In this document: in pieces, positions 1 to 6,154 of the stretch | Layout: each line of letters starts with the position of its first letter | Numbering within the stretch: the stretch's first letter is position 1 | Assembly: GCF_042660085.1 (NCBI RefSeq) | Contig: NZ_JBHSTI010000021.1 | Coordinates: forward strand, 1 to 7,147 | Length of the DNA stretch: 7,147 nt | From: Longivirga aurantiaca | GTDB lineage: Bacteria > Actinomycetota > Actinomycetes > S36-B12 > CAIYMF01 | Direction: 5' to 3' | Notes under the pieces: generated by a model | What the model was told of the DNA's origin: nothing | Databases searched by the model: none | The model's input: the letters and a program-made list of their open reading frames with translations, nothing else | Position numbers and translations under genes: made by a program

Positions 1-402
1 GTGCACGCGCACCTCGACCTTGTGCGAGCCGAGAACCTTGATCGGCGAGACGATCGTGACCTTGCGCTTGTCGACCGACGGGCCACCGGCGGCCTCGACC
101 GCGGAGACGACGTCGCCGACGGTGATCGCGCCGAACAGGCGGCCGCTGTCGCCGGCACGCGCCGGGACCTTGACCTTCAGGCCCTCGAGCGAGGACTTGA
201 TCGCCTGGGCGGAGTCGAGGTCGCGGACCTCGCGCACGTCGCGCGCACGCTTGATCTGCGCGACCTGCTTCTCGCCGCCCTTGGTCCACGCGGTCGCGAG
301 ACCGCGCGGGAGGAGGTAGTTGCGGCCGTAGCCGTCCTTCACCTCGACGACGTCGCCAGGGGCGCCGAGACCGTTCACGTCCTGAGTCAGGATGAGCTTC
401 AT
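1..402 (-). CDS. rplI: 50S ribosomal protein L9 (C-terminus truncated by window edge)
   Basis: Reverse-complement translation from the ATG at 402 gives [43 protein letters not shown]..., the characteristic L9 N-terminus. AAGGAGG Shine-Dalgarno lies just upstream, and the gene follows rpsR. Confidence 0.97.
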   Translation of the reverse strand, partial: MKLILTQDVNGLGAPGDVVEVKDGYGRNYLLPRGLATAWTKGGEKQVAQIKRARDVREVRDLDSAQAIKSSLEGLKVKVPARAGDSGRLFGAITVGDVVSAVEAAGGPSVDKRKVTIVSPIKVLGSHKVEVRVH

Positions 403-421
403 GGTGTAGTCGCCTCCTTCG

Positions 422-658
422 TCAGCGGGCGGTCGAGGTGTAGGGCAGGAGCGCCATCTCGCGGGCGTTCTTGACCGCGGTCGCGACGTCGCGCTGGTGC
501 TGGGTGCAGTTGCCGCTCACGCGACGGGCACGGATCTTGCCGCGGTCGGAGATGTACTTGCGCAGCAGCGGCGTGTCCTTGTAGTCGACGCTCGCGATCT
601 TCTCCTTGCAGAAGATGCAAACCTTCTTCTTCGGCTTACGAAGAGCAGGCTTAGCCAT
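422..658 (-). CDS. rpsR: 30S ribosomal protein S18
   Basis: 78-aa [81 protein letters not shown]. Typical S18 with CIFC motif and canonical synteny. Confidence 0.98.
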   Translation of the reverse strand: MAKPALRKPKKKVCIFCKEKIASVDYKDTPLLRKYISDRGKIRARRVSGNCTQHQRDVATAVKNAREMALLPYTSTAR

Positions 659-678
659 CGTGGTGCTCCTATCGGGAG

Positions 679-695
679 CCCGGCGTCAGGCCGGG
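679..695. other. Short hairpin in the ssb-rpsR intergenic region
   Basis: CCCGGC-GTCAG-GCCGGG: 6-bp perfect GC stem with a 5-nt loop, and no U-tract. Confidence 0.4.
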
Positions 696-772
696 ATGGG
701 GTCTGTCGGATGGATGCCGGCGGCTCGCTGGCCACCGGGGTGCCGCACCAGGTGCGACCGTGCTGTGAGGTC

Positions 773-1333
773 CTAGAACGGAGGCTCGTCGTACGACGCG
801 CCACCGCCGCCGCCACCCCAGGCGCCACCGCCGCCGGCAGCGTTGCCGCCACCGCCGGCCGGGGTCGCCCACGGGTCGTCGGCCGGGCCGGAGTTGCCTC
901 CGCCGCCCTGCTGGCCGCCGCCGAAGCCGCCTCCGCCGCCACCACCGAAGTCACCGCCGCCGCTGCGGGCCACCTTGGTGACCTTCGCGGTGGCCGTGCG
1001 CAGCGCCGGGCCGACGTCGTCGACCTCCATCTCGATGACGGTGACCTTCTGACCCTCGCGGGAGTCGTAGGACCGCTGCTTGAGACGGCCGGTGACGATG
1101 ACGCGGGTGCCCCGCGTCAGCGACTCGGCGACGTTCTCGGCGTACTGCCTCCACACGCTGCAGCGCATGAAGACGGGCTCGCCGTCCTTCCACTCGTTCG
1201 TGGCCTTGTCGAGGTAACGCGAGTTCGACGCGACCGTGAAGCTCGCGACCGCCGCGCCGGACGGGGTGAACCGCAGCTCGGGGTCGTTCGTGAGGTTGCC
1301 GACGATGGTGACGTTGATGTCGCCCTGCGCCAT
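773..1333 (-). CDS. ssb: Single-stranded DNA-binding protein
   Basis: 186 aa beginning [89 protein letters not shown]... (OB-fold SSB), then a Gly-rich linker and acidic tip ending DEPPF. Lies between rpsF and rpsR. Confidence 0.97.
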   Translation of the reverse strand: MAQGDINVTIVGNLTNDPELRFTPSGAAVASFTVASNSRYLDKATNEWKDGEPVFMRCSVWRQYAENVAESLTRGTRVIVTGRLKQRSYDSREGQKVTVIEMEVDDVGPALRTATAKVTKVARSGGGDFGGGGGGGFGGGQQGGGGNSGPADDPWATPAGGGGNAAGGGGAWGGGGGGASYDEPPF

Positions 1334-1477
1334 GGTGCTAACCGCCTCGGGTGGAAGGTGTGGATTCGGCTGATGGGCCGGACCTTACGGGTGCGATCCG
1401 ACGGCCGGAAGGGTCGTCGGGCTCGCGGACTGTGGACGACACGCGGAGAGAAGCCGCCTGTCGATCACGGGATTCGC

Positions 1478-1768
1478 CTAGTGGGCGTCCGGACGCATGA
1501 CCTTGGTGCGCAGCACAGCCTCGTTGAGGTTGAGCTGGCGGTCGAGCTCCTGGACGGCAGCCGGCGTGCAGCTGAGGTCGAGGACGGCGTAGATGCCCTC
1601 GGCCTTCTTGTTGATCTCGAACGACAGGCGACGACGGCCCCAGATGTCGACCTTGTCGACGGTGCCACCCGACTGCTTCACGACATTGAGGAACGTGTCG
1701 AGACTGGGAGCGACGGTGCGCTCCTCGAGATCGGGGTCGAGGATCACCATGACCTCGTAATGACGCAT
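1478..1768 (-). CDS. rpsF: 30S ribosomal protein S6
   Basis: 96 aa from the ATG at 1768: [65 protein letters not shown].... The track's upstream start at 1882 is rejected because an AGGAGG Shine-Dalgarno (1779-1784 on the complement) sits 10 nt before the ATG at 1768. Confidence 0.97.
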   Translation of the reverse strand: MRHYEVMVILDPDLEERTVAPSLDTFLNVVKQSGGTVDKVDIWGRRRLSFEINKKAEGIYAVLDLSCTPAAVQELDRQLNLNEAVLRTKVMRPDAH

Positions 1769-1778
1769 GCGATACCCA

Positions 1779-1821
1779 CCTCCTCTGGACTTGGCGGCCA
1801 CGGTCTCTCCGTGGCAGGAGG
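1779..1821 (-). promoter_or_regulatory. Candidate structured leader overlapping the rpsF Shine-Dalgarno
   Basis: Minus-strand RNA reads CCUCCU-GCCACGG-AGAGA-CCGUGGC-CGCCAAGUCCAG-AGGAGG. It contains a perfect 7-bp stem (1797-1803/1809-1815), and CCUCCU (1816-1821) is complementary to the AGGAGG (1779-1784). Confidence 0.5.
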
Positions 1822-1948
1822 GTTGTGCGTCACGTGGACCCGCTCCCGACGACCCATGGGGGCCGCCGTACGGCGCGGACACGTCCGATCAGGGTACGGG
1901 ACCGGGCAGCCGACCCCCAAATGCCGCCCCCCCCGCCCGCTGGTGTGC

Positions 1949-1984
1949 GATGAAGGCGACCTTCATCCAATAGAGCCGAACAAT
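1949..1984 (+). repeat. Left copy of a 36-bp perfect inverted repeat
   Basis: GATGAAGGCGACCTTCATCCAATAGAGCCGAACAAT; its exact reverse complement lies at 2878-2913. It includes the hyphenated palindrome GATGAAGG-CGA-CCTTCATC (1949-1967). Confidence 0.95.
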
Positions 1985-1998
1985 TCCGGCCTTCACCG

Positions 1999-2178
1999 CT
2001 ACCGGTCAGGGGTGCGGGCCTCGAGGGCGTCGGCGATCCTGGCGAGGCTGAGCGCGATCGAGGCCAGGGCGCTGGTGTCGGCGGTGCTCGGGGCCTTGGC
2101 CTTGAACCCGGCGGCCGCCTCGGCCGCCGTCCGCGCCAGCGCCCACGCCGTCGCCGCGTCGCCCGACGTGCTGCTCAT
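1999..2178 (-). CDS. Hypothetical 59-aa small protein
   Basis: Manual reverse-strand reading: MSSTSGDAATAWALARTAAEAAAGFKAKAPSTADTSALASIALSLARIADALEARTPDR*. Ala-rich, helix-compatible composition, with GGGAG 6 nt upstream of the ATG. Too short to appear in the supplied track. Confidence 0.5.
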   Translation of the reverse strand: MSSTSGDAATAWALARTAAEAAAGFKAKAPSTADTSALASIALSLARIADALEARTPDR

Positions 2179-2253
2179 CCCAGACTCCCGTCCTCATGGC
2201 CCGCCCCGCGCGGGCCCCCGTAGCCAGCACACCATCTGGCCGCGCACTCGTCA

Positions 2254-2277
2254 CCCTCATCCGGCCCCTCATCCGGC
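2254..2277. repeat. Tandem 12-bp direct repeat
   Basis: CCCTCATCCGGC occurs twice with no spacer (2254-2265, 2266-2277). Confidence 0.85.
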
Positions 2278-2348
2278 TTCCGAGGGGCGGTGCGGGAGGC
2301 GGCTGGTCATCGGCGTACGGAGGCGGCGGCGATGACAGAGTGCGGCGC

Positions 2349-2845
2349 ATGGTGGAGCCGTTCGAGGTCCTGACGCTGGAGCAGCTGCGCGCGCGGCGGT
2401 CGATCAAGTGGACCCAGCACGCACCGGACGTGCTGCCGCTGTGGATCGCCGAGATGGACGCGCCGCTGCCGGCGTCGGTCGTCGCGGCGCTGTCGGCCGA
2501 CCTCGCCGCGGGCGACGCCGGCTACGCGCCGCTCGACACGGCGTACGCCGAGGCCTTCGCCCACGTCGCCGCCGCACGCTGGGGGTGGACGGTGGACCCG
2601 GCAGCAACCTGTGTCTGCGCGGACGTGCTCACGGGCATCACGCGATCGCTCGAGCTGCTCACGAAGCCCGGGGAGACGGTGCTCGTGCCGGCGCCGGTCT
2701 ACACGCCGCTGCTCCTGCTGCCCACCTCGACGGCGGGCTGCCGTTCGGCGTCGGGGGCGAGGGCTTCGTGCGGCTCAACCTCGCTGCGTCGCGCTCGACT
2801 CTGGCCGAGGCCGTCGAGCGGATGGCGCGATCGCTCGACCGCTGA
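2349..2845 (+). pseudogene. PatB/MalY-type (cystathionine beta-lyase-like) PLP aminotransferase remnant with a large internal deletion and frameshift
   Basis: The frame from the ATG at 2349 gives the N-terminal domain MVEPFEVLTLEQLRARRSIKWTQHAPDVLPLWIAEMDAPLP...GDAGYAPLD...TGITRSLELLTKPGETVLVPAPVYTPLL. From about 2720 a different frame gives the family's C-terminus, LDGGLPFGVGGEGFVRLNLAASRSTLAEAVERMARSLDR*. The middle of the protein, including the PLP-lysine region, is absent. Confidence 0.85.
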
Positions 2846-2877
2846 GCGGTGCGCCTGCCCTCCCCGTGATGGGAAGG

Positions 2878-2913
2878 ATTGTTCGGCTCTATTGGATGAA
2901 GGTCGCCTTCATC
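2878..2913 (-). repeat. Right copy of the 36-bp perfect inverted repeat
   Basis: ATTGTTCGGCTCTATTGGATGAAGGTCGCCTTCATC, the exact reverse complement of 1949-1984. The palindrome here extends to TTGGATGAAGG-TCG-CCTTCATCCAA (2892-2916). Confidence 0.95.
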
Positions 2914-2950
2914 CAAAACGCAAACGGCGGGGGGTGGGAGGATCGGCGGC

Positions 2951-3751
2951 GTGCGCATCGTGACGTGGAACATCAACGGGGTCCAGGTACGGACCGACCG
3001 GCTGCTCGCGTTCCTGGAGTCGGCGCAGCCCGACGTCCTGGTGCTGCAGGAGCTCAAGGCCCCGACCGACCTGTTCCCGTACGACGAGGTGCGCGCGGCC
3101 GGCTACGAGGTGGCGGCCCGCGGCGACGGGCGCTGGAACGGCGTCGCGATCCTGTCGCGCGTCGGGCTCGACGACGTCAGGTACGACCTGCCCGGGCAGC
3201 CGCAGTGGGACGGCGTCACGGAGCCGCGCGCCGTCGCGGCGACCTGCAACGGCGTACGGGTCTGGGGCGTCTACGTGCCCAACGGCCGCACGATCGACGA
3301 CCCGCACTACGCGTACAAGCTCGAGTGGCTGGCCGCCCTGCGCGAGACCGCCGTCGCCGAGATCGCGGCGGCACCCGACCGGCCATGGGTCGTGCTCGGC
3401 GACTTCAACGTCGCGCCGACCGACGCCGACGTCTGGGACATCGCCCAGTTCGCCGACTCCACCCACGTGACCCCGGCCGAGCGCGCCGCCGTCACCGCGC
3501 TCACCGACTCCGGTCTCGTCGAGGTCATGCCGCGCGCGCTGAAGTACGACGTGCCGTTCACGTTCTGGGACTACCGCCAGCTCGCCTTCCCCAAGAACAC
3601 CGGCATGCGGATCGACCTCGTCTTCGGCTCTCCGACGTTCGCCGCCGCCGTCACGGACGCGTACGTCGACCGCGAGGCGCGCAAGACCGGCAAGAAGGGC
3701 ACGACGCCGCCCAGCGACCACGCCCCGATCGTCGTCGACGTCTCCCTCTAG
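2951..3751 (+). CDS. xth: Exodeoxyribonuclease III family protein (AP endonuclease, endonuclease/exonuclease/phosphatase fold)
   Basis: 266 aa with GTG start: MRIVTWNINGVQVRTDRLLAFLESAQPDVLVLQELKAPTDLFP...WGVYVPNGR...WVVLGDFNVAPTDADVWD...GMRIDLVFGSP...SDHAPIVVDVSL. WNING, LQELKA, GDFNVAP and SDHAPIV motifs present; GGGAGG lies 9 nt upstream. Confidence 0.93.
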   Translation: MRIVTWNINGVQVRTDRLLAFLESAQPDVLVLQELKAPTDLFPYDEVRAAGYEVAARGDGRWNGVAILSRVGLDDVRYDLPGQPQWDGVTEPRAVAATCNGVRVWGVYVPNGRTIDDPHYAYKLEWLAALRETAVAEIAAAPDRPWVVLGDFNVAPTDADVWDIAQFADSTHVTPAERAAVTALTDSGLVEVMPRALKYDVPFTFWDYRQLAFPKNTGMRIDLVFGSPTFAAAVTDAYVDREARKTGKKGTTPPSDHAPIVVDVSL

Positions 3752-3773
3752 GGACCCCCGCCCGCTCGCACTC

Positions 3774-3814
3774 ATCAATCCGTCACTTCCCGGGCCCGGA
3801 AGCAGCGGATTGAT
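3774..3814. repeat. 41-bp nested imperfect palindrome in the xth-femX intergenic region
   Basis: ATCAATCCG-TCA-CTTCC-CGGGCCC-GGAAG-CAG-CGGATTGAT: outer arms of 9 bp and inner arms of 5 bp, both perfect. Confidence 0.85.
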
Positions 3815-3912
3815 CGGTCTCAGCGGGAGGGGCGGTGCGGCCGGCGTGAGGTCGCGCACTGCGTAGGCGTGCGTGGTCCGGCGGCCGGGCGGCTGGTCGT
3901 AGTGTTCCGTTC

Positions 3913-5058
3913 GTGCCCACGCCGCTCGAGGTCCGCCGGATCACCCCTGAGGAGCACCTCGCGTACGTCGAGGCGCGCACCGCCGCGGGCGCCGACATCT
4001 CCTTCCTGCAGGTGCCCAGCTGGGCCGGGGTCAAGGCGGAGTGGAAGCACGCCAGCCTCGGCTGGTTCGACGGCGACGAGCTCGTCGGCGCCGGCCTCGT
4101 GCTCCTGCGCCAGGTGCCCAAGGTCAAGCGCTTCCTGGCGTACCTCCCCGAGGGCCCGGACATCGACTGGACCGGCGCGCGCACCGGCCGCGACCTCGCC
4201 GACTGGCTCGAGCCGCTGGCCGCACACCTCAAGGCGATCGGCGCGTTCGCCGTGAAGATGGGCCCGCCCGTCACCGTGCGCACCTGGGACGCCGACACCC
4301 TCAAGGCCGCGATCGCCGACGGCACCGCCCAGCGCCTGCGCGACGTCCCCGCCGACACCACCGACGACGCAGGCCTCGCCGTCGCCGACCGCCTCCTCGA
4401 GCTCGGCTGGAGCCAGAAGGCCGACACCGGCGCCGGCTTCGGCGACGTCCAGCCGCGGTACGTGTTCCAAGTGCCGCTCGCCGGCCGCACCGAGGACGAC
4501 CTGCTCACGGGCTTCAACCAGCTCTGGCGCCGCAACATCAAGAAGGCCGACAAGGCCGGCGTCGTCGTCGAGCACGGCGGCTTCGACGACCTCCCCGCGT
4601 TCCACGAGGTGTACGTCGAGACCGCGGTCCGCGACGGGTTCACGCCGCGCGGCCTCGCGTACTTCCAGCGCATGTGGCGCGCGATGACCGCCGAGGACCC
4701 GAGCCGCATCACGCTCTACCTCGCGCGGCACGAGGGGCGCGTGCTCGCCGCGACGACGCTGGTCCGCGTCGGGCAGCACGCGTGGTACTCGTACGGCGCG
4801 TCCTCCAACGAGGGCCGCGACGTACGCCCGTCGAACGCGATCCAGTGGGCGATGGTGCGCGACTCGCTCGCGGCAGGCTGCCACGTCTACGACATGCGCG
4901 GCATCAGCGACACCCTCGACCCGGACGACCACCTCTTCGGGCTCATCCAGTTCAAGCTCGGCACCGGCGGCCGCGCGTCCGAGTACCTCGGCGAGTGGGA
5001 CATGCGCCTGCGACCTGTCCTCGCCCGCGCCGTCGAGGGCTACCTCAACCGCCGCTGA
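3913..5058 (+). CDS. FemA/FemB/FemX-like peptidoglycan interpeptide bridge aminoacyltransferase (lipid II:glycine glycyltransferase family)
   Basis: 381 aa with GTG start. Characteristic features include DISFLQVPSWAGVKAEW, FLAYLPEGPDIDW, LLTGFNQLWRRNIKKADKAGVVVEHG, FTPRGLAYFQRMWRAM, YSYGASSNEGRDVRPSNAIQWAMVRDSLAAGCHVYDMRGI and LIQFKLGTGG. Confidence 0.92.
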   Translation: MPTPLEVRRITPEEHLAYVEARTAAGADISFLQVPSWAGVKAEWKHASLGWFDGDELVGAGLVLLRQVPKVKRFLAYLPEGPDIDWTGARTGRDLADWLEPLAAHLKAIGAFAVKMGPPVTVRTWDADTLKAAIADGTAQRLRDVPADTTDDAGLAVADRLLELGWSQKADTGAGFGDVQPRYVFQVPLAGRTEDDLLTGFNQLWRRNIKKADKAGVVVEHGGFDDLPAFHEVYVETAVRDGFTPRGLAYFQRMWRAMTAEDPSRITLYLARHEGRVLAATTLVRVGQHAWYSYGASSNEGRDVRPSNAIQWAMVRDSLAAGCHVYDMRGISDTLDPDDHLFGLIQFKLGTGGRASEYLGEWDMRLRPVLARAVEGYLNRR

Positions 5059-5076
5059 CCCCGGCCGCAGCCGGGG
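5059..5076. terminator. Candidate hairpin terminator between convergent genes
   Basis: Immediately after the femX-like stop codon: CCCCGGC-CGCA-GCCGGGG, a perfect 7-bp stem with a 4-nt loop. It lies between the + gene ending at 5058 and the - gene ending at 5095, with no U-tract. Confidence 0.55.
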
Positions 5077-5094
5077 CCAGCGTGCGGGTCGGTG

Positions 5095-5805
5095 CTACTG
5101 GCCGAGCTGCGACGGGTCGAGCACGTCGGCGGCGTCCGGCTCGGTGATGGTGACGGTCTCGCCCCAGTCGCTGAACTTCAGCGAGCCCTCGGCCCCGCCG
5201 TCGATCCAGAGCGGCAGCGGGTCGCCGGTGGTGGCGATCCACAGCGTGCCCTTGTCGCCGTCCTTCAGGCCGATCGCGGGAGTGCCGTCCACGGTCGACG
5301 TCTCGCCCTTGGTCACGGTGCCGCTGGGCGTGAGCAGCTGGGAGACGAACGTCTCGAAGTTCGTGAAGCTCTCGAACTGCGCGAGCTCGGTGCCGGCGGT
5401 GGCCACGACCCACTTGTCGCCGATGAGCTCGGCGGCGCCCTCGCCGGCCTGCGTGTCCCAGAAGGCCTTGTCGCCCTGGGCGTAGACCTTGGTGCCGGTC
5501 GAGATGATCTGGAGCGTGGCGCCCGACATCGAGACCGAGCCGACCGCCTTGCCGCCCTTCTCGACCGCCAGGTCGAGACCCATGTCGTCGGCGCCCTGGG
5601 TGACCGTGCCGACGATGTGCACGGAGCCCTGCGCGAGCGCGGCGGCCTCGGCTGCCGTGAGGATCTCCTCGGCCGACTTGTCGGCCACGCCGTTGCCCGC
5701 GGCCTCCGTGCTCGAGCCGCCCGTGCTGGTGCTGCCGCACGCGGTCACCGTCAGCAGGGCCGTGAGTGCGAGCGCCACGCCCGCGAGAGCCTTCGTCGTA
5801 CGCAT
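5095..5805 (-). CDS. Secreted lipoprotein, possibly of the LppX/LprAFG type (family assignment tentative)
   Basis: 236 aa from the ATG at 5805: MRTTKALAGVALALTALLTVTACGSTSTGGSS... Clear lipoprotein signal peptide and lipobox (VTAC), Ser/Gly/Thr-rich linker, then a globular domain (KSAEEILTAAEAAALAQGSVHIVGTVTQ...LPLWIDGGAEGSLKFSDWGETVTITEPDAADVLDPSQLGQ). Confidence 0.85.
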   Translation of the reverse strand: MRTTKALAGVALALTALLTVTACGSTSTGGSSTEAAGNGVADKSAEEILTAAEAAALAQGSVHIVGTVTQGADDMGLDLAVEKGGKAVGSVSMSGATLQIISTGTKVYAQGDKAFWDTQAGEGAAELIGDKWVVATAGTELAQFESFTNFETFVSQLLTPSGTVTKGETSTVDGTPAIGLKDGDKGTLWIATTGDPLPLWIDGGAEGSLKFSDWGETVTITEPDAADVLDPSQLGQ

Positions 5806-6020
5806 GTCGTCGTCCTGTCCCCTCGTGTGCCGGACGCGACTCGGTGATGCGCCCCCGCCGTGCGACGAGGGTATGCGGGCGTACGGCGTCGTCTCGCCGC
5901 GAACGGACGCCGTCCGGGTCACGGACGCACAACAGTCCGTACGCCAGCGGCGGGAGCGTGATGCGACGAGCGGCGCGGTGCGGTGCCGGTGAAGGGTCAC
6001 GTTGTTGCGCTCTGAGCAAC

Positions 6021-6123
6021 GAAGTCCCCTACTGGGCGAAGGCCTTCGGCCATCGTCGCCCAGCGGGGCAGGTGGGCCCCCGCTGGCGAGGAGGCGGAGC
6101 CGACGAAGCCAGTAGGGGACTTC
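6021..6123. repeat. 103-bp ERIC/MITE-like imperfect palindromic element with nested hairpins
   Basis: Perfect 15-bp outer inverted repeat GAAGTCCCCTACTGG (6021-6035) / CCAGTAGGGGACTTC (6109-6123). Internal complements: CTGGGCGA/TCGCCCAG (6032-6039/6056-6063) and a strong hairpin CCAGCGGGG/CCCCGCTGG (6060-6068/6078-6086). Confidence 0.8.
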
Positions 6124-6154
6124 ATCGCGAGCGGCGGGACCGTAGGGTCGGGGC

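Noticed and set aside
1769-1882. N-terminal extension of rpsF to the ATG at 1882
   Set aside because: The extension [13 protein letters not shown]... is not S6-like, and the AGGAGG placement supports a start at 1768.
1927-1934. C8 homopolymer near the left inverted repeat
   Set aside because: Could be phase-variable in principle, but it lies in a non-coding high-GC region with no gene or promoter spacer clearly attached.
1999-2178. Toxin-antitoxin or defence cargo between the 36-bp repeats
   Set aside because: The 59-aa ORF and the truncated aminotransferase show no toxin, antitoxin, nuclease or defence motifs.
497-2335. 612-aa plus-strand ORF in the track
   Set aside because: It runs antisense across rpsR, ssb and rpsF. 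Composition is Ala/Arg/Val-rich frame-shadow translation of high-GC DNA, with no recognisable domain.
2611-3813. 400-aa plus-strand ORF
   Set aside because: Arg/Ala-rich alternate frame spanning the aminotransferase remnant and xth. The real xth frame begins at 2951.
2909-3859. 316-aa minus-strand ORF opposite xth
   Set aside because: Antisense shadow of the well-supported exonuclease III family gene.
3783-4932. Long minus-strand ORFs (309 and 370 aa) opposite the FemX-like gene
   Set aside because: They are codon-position shadows of a strongly supported plus-strand gene, with low-complexity composition and no motifs.
5878-5944. GCGTACGG/CCGTACGC 8-bp inverted repeat upstream of the lipoprotein gene
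   Set aside because: Arms are about 50 bp apart and short. This is expected by chance in DNA of this composition, and there is no further support.
6021-6123. tRNA or tmRNA candidate suggested by the cloverleaf-like fold
   Set aside because: No T-loop GTTCRA signature, no anticodon-arm geometry and arm lengths wrong for tRNA. A dispersed repeat or structured leader fits better.
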